A stretch of DNA of 63,237 nt, filler included, from Hausera hauseri (Eukaryota): NCBI GenBank assembly GCA_046269625.1. It is 13 parts of 13 records of this genome, joined end to end, with 100 filler letters (N's around TTAATTAATTAA, not from the genome) between each part and the next. Parts side by side here need not be neighbours in the genome. Positions count along the whole stretch, not along the records: positions 10,179 to 15,656 come from JBJURY010245849.1; positions 15,757 to 19,924 come from JBJURY010724880.1; positions 20,025 to 24,045 come from JBJURY010813754.1; positions 24,146 to 29,597 come from JBJURY010252514.1; 9 more parts are not named here. The stretch is one strand, 5' to 3'. The notes beneath the pieces were generated by a model that saw only the letters and a list, made by a program, of their open reading frames with translations, was not told where the DNA came from and did not search any database. The position numbers were made by a program, and so were the translations under genes. This document shows positions 13,001 through 26,419 of this stretch, piece after piece. Each line of letters begins with the position of its first letter. Within the stretch, counting starts at the first letter, position 1.

Positions 13001-16000
13001 TGCTATGTGCAACTGCAAACTATGACCGTGCAGTGCGACAAATTGGTATAACATTTAACAAAATATAGTTAAATTTGAATTATTTTGTTGAACTACTGGG
13101 TATATACAACTTGGTGAGCGTCTTGCCATAGGCCTATATTGAAATACACAATCAACCCACGTGTGACAGTGAGTAACAAATCTCTTCACACCTTCGAACA
13201 TGTGTTGCGAGTACGTAGATAATGTCAACAGGATTGTGCATCTAATTTCAGGAAACGAGTTTAATGAATAATGATGCCAGGATTCTGTGTCAGACAACCA
13301 AAAAGTAATGCAATTTTGCTTAATTTTGAATATATATAGTTAAAATATGATATGCACACATGCACGTCATTTTAGAAATGGTATCAAATCACCATGCATG
13401 TACCACATGATAAATGCATCACTAAAATACCAACACCACATTTAATTGTTCGAAAATATATTTGTCACAAAATGACTAACAAAATATCCATGGAAATGAT
13501 ATTTATTATTACTTATTAATACTTACTAAATGTGTGATTTCCTATTATTCTACATCATATAGTAGTTTAAAATAGTGAATATTTTCAGTGAAATTTTTAT
13601 TATTCATCCTTAGCACTGTTTGATTGTAGATGAAATTCTGATGACATTATTTACATCAATAGTTGGTCACTACAGTGATAGTTCCTTTGTTACTCTAAAT
13701 CTACCTCATTCAATTTGAAGCTTTTTAAAATAGAGACAAGTATTGTAAAGTACAGTATACAACTTTCATATTTTAACAAAATTGAAACAATAATTTTCAG
13801 ATTATTTAATCAACAGAAATATGTCTCAGACAAGGTCATCAAGGAATCAGTTAACATCTCCGCCTCTCAGTAACTATTTTTCTCTAACTCGATAGAAACT
13901 TAATTAATATTTAGCAAACGTAAATCTTTCAGAACAATCCGATGCTCCAGTTGACGATGACCTTCCAAGACCCGTTGTTTCGCCGACAAATCAGTTAGCA
14001 AATCAAATTTCAGCATGGTCAAAGACGTCAGTTTCCAATCTCGTTACGAGAGGGGACAGACCGAAAACTCCTATAGCCCTCAAACGGTGTATGGTTAAAT
14101 TGAAAGTATGTCAGATTTGACGTGATTAGACAAATTTATGGTTTAATGGAAAATATTTGATAATAACTTACTAAAAAGGAACGGCATCGTCCACGAATTT
14201 TACAAGTACAAAATTTTATGCGGATTATTATGAAAGTTATTTTTACAAACAAAGCTAAGATTGTGAAATATGGGGTTCTAAATATTATGTCACTCTGTCC
14301 TTCTTCAATTTTCCATCCAAAATTCGATTTTTCAGTTTGACGTTCATATTATGAGTCAAATATTAGATCGATATTTATTAGGTTTTCAAAACATCAACAA
14401 AACACAATTAGTCAAATTGTTCAATCCTCAATAACCAGAATTTGGGAGAGACTTTTAATTTAGAACTTTTCCGATTAATGGGGAGAACAATTTTACGTTA
14501 CTGTGATAATGGGGATTGCTCGTGGAGGTATCAAATCGCCTTACCTACTTACAAACTCGGTAATGTGTTTCAAGGAAACGTATGCTTGCCTGTTACTTAC
14601 TTTCTAAGGTTTAGACTCCTATACTTTACTTATAGTTATACGGGCCCTCGTCAGGTCGTTTTTACCTGGTCGAGGAATTAACCAATATTACTTATTTGTT
14701 ACTTATATTACTTTCTTTATTTAGATAACCAATGGACAAAAAGTATGTGAATCAATAAATATAATTAAATGCAAAAAAAATGTAAAGACAATAAGAACCA
14801 AAAATCAATTAATACGTAATGACGTAATACAGATACCCGTTAAACTATACACCATAAAATAGGAATGACTTACGTGAAGACATAGTATAAGGTGTGAAGA
14901 TCAGAATCACCAAGTAATTTGTTCTGACTTTACTTCTAAATGTTGCTACTTATATAGTAATTCCTGTTCTCTACATGTAAATAAAAATTGTCTGTACATA
15001 AGCAAAAACACATGTTTCATATCATATTAATGCTCATCGTCAAATACAAAGTCACGAAATATCAATAAAACACATGTTTAACAATCAATTCAATTGTTCG
15101 AACAGTAAAAATCACATTTTTCCAGTTATTTGCACATGTTATCGCATTTCTACAATTGTTTGCACAATAAAACGCATTATGTTTTCATTTGTTTGCATTT
15201 GTTCATTTGTTTGGATTTGTTTTTGGATTTGTTTGCACATTCTGCACATTCACATTCTGCACATTCGAAGGGGGTTTGAAGAAAATTGCCCACAATTTAT
15301 TACTGATCGAGGGGTAATGGAATATGGATATATTTGCCTGTTGCCTTTGATTTATACCGGATAGAGTCGGGTTCGTAAATGTCATCGTCCAGTAAGATTG
15401 TTTCATCTAGCTGTATCTTACGCTTTCGTCCACACTGTGATGTTGTGGGTGCTATTCGCACCGTATCGGAGGCCGAACTTTGTGTGATGATCTCATCTGA
15501 CCATTTTACTTGTTTATGAATTGATTGGTAGCATTGAGCTAGAGCGGTGCTCCGTAATGCAAAACCTTTGGAATCGTAAAATTTTCGCGCTAATTCTTTG
15601 AACGTGTTCGTTGTTAATTGATATCGGCGGATTACTTCTTCGTGATAAAGGATATCNNNNNNNNNNNNNNNNNNNNNNNNNNNNNNNNNNNNNNNNNNNN
15701 TTAATTAATTAANNNNNNNNNNNNNNNNNNNNNNNNNNNNNNNNNNNNNNNNNNNNTGGCCGTCTCTGGTAACCGTCCAAGAAAAGCTGAAAGGGGGAGC
15801 TGAGGGAAAGTGCTTTCTTTAAAAAAAAAAAAAAAAATCAAGTTGACATCTGAATGCGTACGAAGACAAGATGAAGAATACGAAACCCTGTTGTAAGCGC
15901 ACCAAAAGAAACGATTACGTTCATCTACACCGTAAGACTAGACATATTGTCAGAAGAGCAGAGGTTGATGGCCATCATCTTGGTATCCGTTATCTCTTTT

Positions 16001-17436
16001 AGCCAGGACCAATGAAACACGAGTGGGGCTCTGATTTCTAATAACCATGAGGTGTGTGCGGAATATGTCCGCACGTTTGCGACCTCTTTCAGCGAGATGT
16101 TTCTTGTGACATTGCTTGGTGATAATTGTGTATCTCCCTGTATACATAGAAACTGTTCCCGTGTTGCACCATTTGGGAAAAGACTTAACAAACAAATATG
16201 AAAGGCGAATCGTCCTCCCACGCGGGGCGGTGCCAATTGTCCAGTCGCTTCCGCTGTCTTTCTTTTTCCTAAAACTATATCACTGCGTAGATACCAATAT
16301 TCCCATTGAGTCGTTGTTTTTGTCGGTTTGTTTTCCTGCTTATTTGTTAATTTTGGTTTCTAACATCTCGTGTTAGTGTAATCATCTCGTTCGTTTCTAT
16401 TTCACATTATTAGTATCACCATCGACAATATTATTATTCATTGATTAGGCTTTATTTGTTGTTTTTTTTTCCAACCAACATGATGTAATTATGCCTTTAT
16501 CTTCCTAACGTTTGCTACACAGTGTGTTCTTGACCTTGTGGTCGTAACTTAGATGTTTTGTCTTTTGTGTCACCAATTAATTTGTTTCATAATCTTTTTA
16601 AAAACCTCTTCCCTCATCAGGAAGTCTGTTCAAAAGATTCTGGACACCTCGCTATAATCGAGACAACAGAAGAAAACAATTTTCTGAAAACAAAAGCAAA
16701 AGAGAGAAAAGGTATCGGTTCATGACATGTTTTGTCTTCGTCTTCTTCGGCTTTGGTTTGTTAAATTATTTCTTAATGAAAATGTTTTTATAGAAAACGC
16801 TGATAGATATTTTCTTTTTTAGATATGCAAGAGAAAGGGCACAAATCAAAAGATGCTTTAGTAGTTTATACTTTTAAATATTTCATCACAAACAACACTG
16901 GCCTTTTACCTATTATCAATTAACCTGTCTTCACGTGTAAAGCTTACGGTTTGCCGGGGTAATAGATGAATCCTTTCTATTTCTACGTTAAGGGGCTAAA
17001 ATGCCTTGAGGTGAGACGTTCGCTTCCGATGTTAGAGGTCTACTGTTCAAATCACGGCAGAAGCACTACAATTTCTCCTGGTTAATCTAATCTGGAAAAA
17101 AACATTTCCAGCGATATCAGGGTAGTGAGATCGAACGTCCGCAGCATTGTCGTTCATCTTGGTAGACAGAAACCGAAAAAAGAGTAGATTGAACGGTGGC
17201 TGCCCTGTGGAAATTATACATATACTCGGCAATTACTAGTGAATGTGTACACTGAGTTGAGATCCTAGGGAATATTATGGGTATGTCTGTGTGGTAAGAT
17301 GTTGACCATTTGACTAAACTGAACAAAAATAAACCACGTATAAATTGGTGCGACCTAACATGTTCCCAACCATGTCACGTGTCCATTGTTGGTTTACAAA
17401 AGGGACGCAGAATATAAAAGGTAGAAATGAAACAAT

Positions 17437-17645
17437 GACGATGTAATAAGTGTTTACTGACAGGGTCGATGTAATATGTTTACTGATAGGGTCGATGTAA
17501 TATGTTTACTCACAGAGTCGATGTAAATTGTTTACTGACGGAGTCGATGTAATATGTTTACTAACAGGGTCGATGTAATGTGTTTACTGACAGGGTCGAT
17601 GAAAAATGTTTTCCGACAAGATCAATGTAATAAGTGGTTACTGTA
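17437..17645. repeat. Minisatellite, 26-bp unit GTTTACTGACAGGGTCGATGTAATAT, about 8 imperfect copies
   Basis: Direct inspection; head-to-tail units with no spacers. Confidence 0.9.
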
Positions 17646-18243
17646 ACCACTATATCAAATATTTATTATTTATACGGAAACTCAAGACGACCACGTGATT
17701 CTCTACGAAGTCCTCGGTAAAATAATTGCATACATTTAAATATCTCGGAGATAAGTGAACTACATAATATCTCGTGAGTGACATACCCCAGATCCTAAAG
17801 GTAAAATGCACATACAAAAACAGCATCATCATCATGTAATAAGCAAATCCTTTACAGAAAACCGTTCATGTCACAGCCTGCTTCTTTCTGTTTCATATTC
17901 AGATGTTTTTATGTGACAATTTCGCATTTCATTTTCCACGTAGATGGTGATCAGATTTGCGGAAAGTTTGAATATTTGTTTTACTCAGTGTTTCCTTTCT
18001 ATTTTGATGATTTTGCATATACTCAAGAATGTCCCAGCTGTGTTTGCAGTCTCCTCCCCAATGTTTCCACTCCCTCATCTGCCACTTTTTTTGTGCACCT
18101 AAACCTCTCTATTCCTCTACAGTTAGTTTGTTATCGGGTGGTTTGTTTAATTTGCAGTTGTTTATTTTACATCTGCCCTTTATTCAAGTCCATTGGGATT
18201 TAACTAGCTGGTTTTTACACCAAACATAGGGACTCTGAGACTT

Positions 18244-18490
18244 GAGATCGTGTAGTAGTTAGTGCGCTCCCTTTCGATCGTATGGTCGGGGGTTCAATCC
18301 CAACTGTTGTGGGTTACATGTATCCGACATAAACGGCCCTAGGCGTCCAAACAGCTTTTAAAAAATGGGTACCGGAGAAATTCTCTGGGAAAGTAAAGGC
18401 GGCCTGGCGTTATGCTGACCACAAACACAATTGCGTGCCGTTGGGCAATGAAAAACATTGACACTAGTTCTACGAACGTCTTAAAGGCGT
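18244..18490 (+). mobile_element. tRNA-derived SINE with Nin/Deu-like central domain
   Basis: A-box-like GTGTAGTAGTTAG, B-box GGTTCAATCCC, then AATGGGTACC..GGGAAAGTAAAGGCGGCCTGGCGTTATGCTGACCAC. Confidence 0.65.
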
Positions 18491-18969
18491 GCTTCATTCA
18501 ACGTTCTTTGGTATTATTTATTGATGCCTTGTGTCAAACGCCTCCTTGTCGACTTTTGCCTCTTATGTTATGAGCATGGATATTGTTCTTTCCAGACAAT
18601 CGTGGCGTTTACTGTAGCCAAAGAATTTGAGTTTGCGACATATGATACCATTTGTAACCCAGGATTCTGTACTGTCCATTTATTGCAGGATGCCCTTGTT
18701 TGTCGCTTTTTGGTCCTAGATATTCTGAGGACTTTTCTGTAACACAATTTCGAAGTAATCAATCGTTCTCATTATACTGTTTATGTAATCGTCCATGATT
18801 CGATCGCACCCGTAGTTTGCCACAAGGAAAATAATGCTTTCAGAAATTTTACTTTAAGGTGAAATAATTGTAAGAAACTTGTTATCGTGGATTTAGATAG
18901 AAATTTAAAAACAAAACTAAAATTTCGTGATTAATGTTTGGAAACTATTTTAAAATACAATTTTCTCAG

Positions 18970-19895
18970 AGCATAATGTTTGGATTGATGGAACTAAAGA
19001 AGTTAATACAGGTATCTGGAAGTGGTCTAGCACTGGTCAAAATCTTACTTTTACTGACTGGGATCGTGGAGAACCAAATAACGTTCAAGGAAAAGGTGAG
19101 AGAAATAAATGTGATGGAAACGTAAATGTACAGAAACATCAAGTATACGGAGATTGAGAGACAGACAGAAGAATAGACATAATTGTATTTAAAAAGACGG
19201 ATAATTACACACGTATTTAGACAGACAAATACATAGAGAAAGAGAAGGCACTAACATATTTGAAAACAAGTTAGTTTCATATTGTATTACAGCTCATTTC
19301 TATTTCGACTTGTTGTGTAATTTGTTGTGTTAGTTTTTTTTGTTTCTTGAGTAGGATGTTTTATTACAATGTTTCAGTCAGGAAAATGTCACTTATAAAA
19401 ATCATTTGACTTACAATTAGAAATCCAAAAGAAGTGAGAAACCACCGACATTAATTTATGAATGAATTTTATATCAGTCATTCATTCGTCGTAACCTTCA
19501 TCAGTCATGTTAATCTCATCTTCACCAGCACTTAATGATTTTACGTTTGTTATGATGACGATTTGTTTAATTTATTCGTATAAATATAAATAAATGTGTA
19601 CGCGGAAACAGAAGGTTGGTTATTGTTTTAGAATTGAATAAAATATACCAAGCAACATATAAATTAGACGAATATAGTTTTCTTTACAAAAACAAACGGA
19701 CTTTCCGATTACATTCTAATGTGTTATAGATCACGTGGTTCTTTTTGTTTCTTGAAATGGTTGTGTAGTGCGGTTACTATGCTATTTCTCTCTTTATTTT
19801 GCAGAAAATTGCCTGAGTTTGCATTCTGTACAAGGTTATCGTTGGAACGATCTTTATTGTAACCTGTTGTGGGGTATCTTTGTGAGACAAAGTGC
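18970..19895 (+). CDS. C-type lectin domain, last two exons (18970-19095 and 19805-about 19895); EPN/WND type
   Basis: VWIDG..WKWSSTGQNLTFTDWDRGEPNN|ENCLSL..YRWNDLYC; canonical phase-1 splice sites; one G missing before the final YLCE. Confidence 0.85.
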
Positions 19896-20187
19896 GTATC
19901 GTATATCTGTTGTGTTCATAAAGANNNNNNNNNNNNNNNNNNNNNNNNNNNNNNNNNNNNNNNNNNNNTTAATTAATTAANNNNNNNNNNNNNNNNNNNN
20001 NNNNNNNNNNNNNNNNNNNNNNNNTTAAATATAAAGTCGATTAAATACCTATGTACGCAGACGTAGTATAATGGTTTAATCACACAATGGCAATTTTTAT
20101 TTTAATAACACAATACACTGAAATTAGGCACATACAACTTATTTATTCTTGTTTATCATTTAACACAATTACTTTATCTCTTTAAAC

Positions 20188-23100
20188 ATGGATAAAGTAG
20201 CAGTATTGATTTTTTATTTAACTATATTTAAATATTTTTACAGTGCAAATTATATGTCCATTATTGAAATTCTATAATGCATGGTCCAGTTCAATGTCAC
20301 CAGATCGTGGAAAGCTATTACAAAATATGGAGAAACGGACTTATTACTTATGCTCCGAATGCCAATCTGTCAATGCTGTTTCGTATTTGTAATTTTTTGA
20401 ACAGCATAAGCGGCATTTAAGTCAGTTTAATGCATCATGCTCAAAGAAGCAAATGGCTCAATCAATCCAACCTCATGAAACAAACCAAATCTCGAAATCA
20501 GCGTCTTTCCCAACCTATCAAGAAGTGGAAAAATATTATTTAACGAGATTTAATGGATCAACTTACCATGTCTGCCGGAATTGTAAAAGTGTAAAAAATC
20601 TCAATTCTCTGACTTATAATCGCCACAAAGATCATCTTGCACGCTTCGAAACATTGAAATAACGTCATATTCTGTAAACATGCATGCAAACTACGCAGCC
20701 GTCAACCAGTACAGCGAACACGAGAATCACGGCAATCAAACATAAAACACAATCGAGTCCAAAACCCAGTAAAGTCCTTAGAGTTCGAGTAGCCTACAAA
20801 TATGCTATGAAACAAAGAGTGAAAGCGTTTTTCATCAAATCCTCCACAAACGCTCATACCCGGACAGTCGGTGAATTTATGGAATCTTGCCAGTGGGAGG
20901 TCTAAAGAATTTTACAGGATGAAGTAAATCATAACAATTCACATAAGGTAAACTTTTTTCCTTGAAGCATTGTTCCTTAATGTCGATGGTGAAACGACAC
21001 AACGGGCATTCAAACTATGAATATGCCGTACTTAAAAAACTGATTTACAGGATTTCATTGATGGTGAATTCCACAAATTAATTAATGAAGCTGGGGAAAG
21101 CGAAAGGAAGAACAGCGGATGGACGATATCTGCAATCCGACAGCTGAGTATTCGAGTAAGTATTCGCTAATAGGTGGTTCCTTTTATACACACAAAGTCT
21201 AACATACAAAGTCATGTATAAATTCGTAAAACTTTCAGGATACATTTTGCTTCAAGTATGCGGTCTTAACTAAACTACTGGTGGATCAAGACGTCACAAA
21301 TCAACACCGAGTCCAGTAATATGATAATTTAGAGCACTATTACGATTTCAACTGCATACTATATCCACCGAGTTTGTATTACATCAAGAAATCTGAGACA
21401 GTCAATATTACCTTTATCAACGCTTTTGGATAGATGAATTAAACAAAGTGTACCCAGTGAAGGTCTGCATTGAAGAAAAAGATGATCATAGAGACCTTCT
21501 CATATTCAGCACCGAAGATAGAAATGGAGAACGAAGCCATTTCTTGTACATACGCAGCATTGATGGATTGATTTGCTCCAAAGTGATGCGAAATGGGCAC
21601 CGTATATTCATTGGTAAAATGTGCATCATTCATTTTGATGACGAACAGAAAATGGAGGAACACAAAATCTACTGCATCCAAAATGTGTTTTGAGTTGGAT
21701 TTCCTGAGGAGGAAACGACTGAGTTTAAGGAATACGAGAAGACAAATCGCGTTCCTGTCATTGTGCACTGCGATTTTGAGTCAATTCCTCCACCAGTTCA
21801 TACATGTAATCCGCAGAATGACAAGTCCAGTACGACAATTATTCAGACACATGAAGCAATGTCTCTTTGTATGTTTGTCAAAGGATTCCAGCTCGAAGAA
21901 CCATACATATGCAGAGGCCCGGATGCAGCAAGGATTTCAATGAGAAGTTTGGTGCAAATTGCTAAAGACGTTGAAGATATGCCAGACAGATCGACGGACC
22001 TATTAACAAAAGAATAACGTGAGCAGTAAACGAGCGCAACAGAATGCTGTCCATATGAAAAATCGTTTGCCGTACAGAACGGAAAAGTCCTCGATCACTG
22101 TTATTTCACCGGCAAATATCGAGGTGCAATATGCAAGAACTGTAGCCTCCGTTTGCAAACGAGTCTGATTCATTCCGGTAGTTTTCCATATTCTGTCTGG
22201 ATACTACTCACATTCTTTTATTCGCGAATTGGGTGAGTCTCCAGGACAAATAACAGTTATACAACATAACCAAGAACGGTATATAACATTTACTAAATAC
22301 GTTGGAAAACAAATGCAACTTTGATTCATCAACAGCTACAAGTTCATGAGTAACAGTCTCGATGAACTCAGCAGAAACCTACCGGAAGATGGATTTACGA
22401 AAACAAGAATACATTTTTGAAATAGCCAGTTGTTCAGTCTAGTCAAGCGAAAAAGTGTATTCTCGCATGACTACATTACAGAGTGGGATAGGTTAGAAGA
22501 AACGTCACTGCCAGCTAAGAAATACTTTTTCAGCGGATTATACCAATTAGATATTTCAGATGAGGACTATGAACATGCACAAACGATGTGGCACGAATTC
22601 AATTTCCGAAACCTAGGTGAGTACAGTGACGTGTACTTGAAGACTGACGTACTGTTGCTCACTGATATATTTGAGAGATTCAGAGCTGTCACCATGGGCT
22701 CACACAAAGTAGATACGACACATTATTCCACCGCTCCTGGGATATCTTAGAGTGCAATGTTGAAACACACCAAGGTACAACTGCAGATAATCAGACACTT
22801 TAGCATGATTCTCATGATGGAGCACGGGATTCGTGGTGGACTGTGTCAAGTAGTCATTCCTTATGTTGAGGCCAACAATAAGCATATGGGTGAGAAGTAC
22901 GATGAAAATAAAGAGTCAAAGTACATCACATACCTGGATGCTTACAATCTCTGCGGATAGGCCATGTCCTACTACCTTCCGTATGGAGACTTCAGATGGA
23001 CAGAATGGGTCGACAACATGGATACGGACATAATGGTAATCAGTCCAACATCATCCACAGGGTATATATTTGAAGTGGATATTGAGTACCCTTCAAACTT

Positions 23101-24045
23101 ACATAAGCTATATGATTAGCTCCCATTTCTGCAAGAATCAGTTAAGACACCGAGCTGCAAAAGTGAAAAATTAAAAAAGTGATTCAACATCTCGGTAATC
23201 GACAAAGGTACGTTGTATACTGTAGACTACTTTAACAGACCATTCAACATGGGCTTAAAGTCACTGAAATCAGAAGGACATTGCAGTTCACTCAATCCTC
23301 CTGGCTAAAACCTTAAATTCAATTTAATACGGTGCTCCTAGCGTGCTGGAAACGATATTGATAAGGACCATTACAAGCTTTACAACAATGCCATGTTCGA
23401 GATGACGATGGACAATATACAAAACCGGCAAAATATCGAACTGGTTACCGAGTGGAAGCGAGCAAGAAAACTCATTAGTAAACCAACATTTCGAAATTAG
23501 GAAATCTACACGAAAAACCCTATCAGTATTGATTTCGGAAAAGACTGACTGAAATTCAGTAAACCAATGTCATATTATATATTTTAGATTTGAGCGAAAT
23601 ACTCATTTACGACTTCCATTATAAAACAAGGCTGCCCAGGTTTGACTTGGAAAATCTGCAATTACTGTACATGGATGCAGACTCACTCATGTATAGCATA
23701 AACACGAGGGATTTAATGGCGATGGCAGTAAACATGGACATGAGTGATTATCCAGCGAATCATCCGAATCACACATTAGTCAACAAAAACGTACGGCGAA
23801 AGTTTAAAGACGAGATGAACGGCTCAATAATCACACGATTCATGGGTCTCAGGCCAAAAATGTATGTGTTGATTGTCGGTAGTATCATTAAGAAGGTGTC
23901 TAGCGGGCGGTTGTGCGAAATCAATTAACGATGGATGACTATATTATAACACTACACGATAATCAGGTAAAAATTAATACAGTGCATTCAATCAGATCCC
24001 GTTCACGTATTGTAAACAGTGTACAGCTGCAGAAAATTATTTTGA
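20188..24045 (+). pseudogene. Near full-length decayed pPolB (Polinton/adintovirus type)
   Basis: NSGW, VHCDFES, LDHCYFTGKYRGAIC, RKSVFSHDY, YSDVYLKTDVLLLTDIFE, GIRGG, YLDAYNLCG*AMS, KLYNNAMF, LLYMDADSL, KFKDE, GLRPKMY; spliced 5' end (41-nt intron 20203-20243). Confidence 0.95.
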
Positions 24046-24145
24046 NNNNNNNNNNNNNNNNNNNNNNNNNNNNNNNNNNNNNNNNNNNNTTAATTAATTA
24101 ANNNNNNNNNNNNNNNNNNNNNNNNNNNNNNNNNNNNNNNNNNNN

Positions 24146-26400
24146 CGTTCGGTATTACTACCGGACCAGCCATATTTACAAGAATGATGAACAAAATGTT
24201 AATGGGATTGGATCATGCTTTTGCATACTTAGATGATGTACTGATAGCGTAAAGGACCGAAGAAGAACATTTAAAGGATATCGAACACACATTGATGAGA
24301 CTGGAACAAGCCGGATTGAAATTGAATCCAAAGAAATGCAAATGGGCTCAAAATGCCGTATCCTACCTTGGCCATATAGTTGGAGAAGGAAAATCGAAAC
24401 CAGATAAATCGTTATTAAACAAAATATCCGATTGCAGGGAACCACAAAACCAGAAAGAGTTAAGGCATTGGCTAGGATTATGCGGATATTACGCAACTTA
24501 TGTGCCGGATAATTCGAAGATTAATGCCCCCTTATATCGTCTACTGAAGAAAGAAATTAAATGAAAATGGACGTACGTCGAACAGAAAGCCTCTGATGAA
24601 ATGAAGAAGATATTAACCAGCGAACCCGTCTTACGATATCCAGATTTCAACTTACCTTTCATAATCAAGATAGACGCTAATAAAGAAGGCATTGGTTATG
24701 AATTAGCACAGAAAAGAGAAGATGAAGAATTAGAACACCCAATTGCTTTCGGAGGACGATCTTTGAAAAAAGCCGAGAAAAATTACTCTGTTACCGAGTT
24801 GGAAACTCTAGCTGTAAAGGAAGCACTTTGACACTTCAACGTTTACGTATATTGGCAGAAAATTATAATTGTCACTAATCACAAGGCTGTTACGACCTTA
24901 AAGTGACAAGCCAATAACCCGACATGTAGACTTAACAGATGGATCGAATAAATATTGAAATACAATACCGAATTCCAGTATAAGCCACGGAATAAACATG
25001 TAGATGCCGACGCCCTGTCCAGACTAAAGACCAAAACGAGCGCAATCACCGTAATGAAGAAAAGTCAACTCGAAGAAATAATAGATCGCCAACGCGCCTT
25101 AACGATGGATAAGGCCATTAAAATTTCAACAGAACACAAAAAGGATAAGGTCATCCAGCAGATTATAGAATTTGCTAAAAAGGATGTCCTACCAATAGGA
25201 CGACAGTTAAGGAAATATTTACACAGACACGGACATAAATATTGCGTATTAAATGACAAGAGCGACGAAGATATTTTATATTATGAGCGAAAAGGAAGAA
25301 AACTAATAGTTATTCCAAAAGGTTTACGAACCGAAGTGTCAATGTCAGAGCACGACTCGTACTTAGCCGGACACATATCCTGGAAAATGACATTAGAGAG
25401 GATAACGAATAAATACTTTTGGCCTAGTATTTATATTGATGTGAAGAACTGGGTAAATGCTTGTGAAGTATGTGCAACTAAGCAAAAGAAGATGAAAAAT
25501 TACATGGCCGAATTAAAGCCAATCGACGTACTTAATAGGCCAATGCAATCCATGTCGAAGGATATCGTAGAACCTCTTCCTACGATTCACAAAAATAATA
25601 AGTATATCTTGACGTGTATTGATCGACTAACTCATTTTGTTGAGTTGATAGCATTAATTGATCAAAAGGCCGTAACTTTAACAGAAGCCATAGTGAGACG
25701 AATCATTTGCCGATACGGACCCCCAGACCAAATACTCACAGATCGAGGGAGAAATTTTGCAAGTGAATTATTTGAGAAAATCACCAAAATATTTGAAATC
25801 GAACGATTAACGACCACTGCATATCATCCTCAGTGTAATGGAATGGTCGAACGGATGAATTCTACTGTCATACGTATACTGTCAACAGTAGTGGCTAAGG
25901 ACCAAAAAGATTGGGACGAAGTTTTAGAAGGAACTCAGTTTGCAATTAATACCACACCACATCCAGCAACGAGATTTACGCCATTCTTCATGATGTATGG
26001 GCGCAAAGCCGTGTTGCCCACGGACTTAGGAATGACGCCATACACAGACTTAGAACAAAACTTCGCAGAAGTGCTACAAACGCGATTACAAAAGTGTTGG
26101 GAAATTGCCAAAGAATTATCTCAAGAATACCAAGAGCAATTTAAAAAACAATATGACAAGAAAGCAAAACTACATAACTTGGAACAAGGAAATTGGGTTT
26201 ATGTGCATTATCCAGAAGCCAAAAAAGGCACCTCGCTGAAACTGACCCGTACAGGCAGAGGACCGTGCGAAGTGAGCAGAGTTACGCCAACTACAGTATA
26301 TATTAACAAAAACGGAAAGGAAGAAGTCGTATCAGTACAAAAAGTTGTCAAGACAGAGATACGGCCCAATAAACGTTACAATCTATGCTTACGAGAAGTA
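24146..26400 (+). mobile_element. Ty3/Gypsy pol (RT C-half, RNase H, integrase), with some stops
   Basis: PFG..AYLDDVLI, YLGHIV, LRYPDFNLPFIIKIDAN, NYSVTELETLA, ADALSR, HHCC (HDSYLAGH..CEVC), D-D35E core (TDRGRNF..QCNGMVERMN), GPC. Confidence 0.95.
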
Positions 26401-26419
26401 AAAACTTCCTCAATAATTG

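Noticed and set aside
15780-16380. Possible non-LTR retrotransposon 3' end near a poly-A run
   Set aside because: No RT or endonuclease motif recognisable in any frame
17437-17645. 26-bp repeat array as a CRISPR
   Set aside because: Units are head-to-tail with no unique spacers, no cas genes, eukaryotic context
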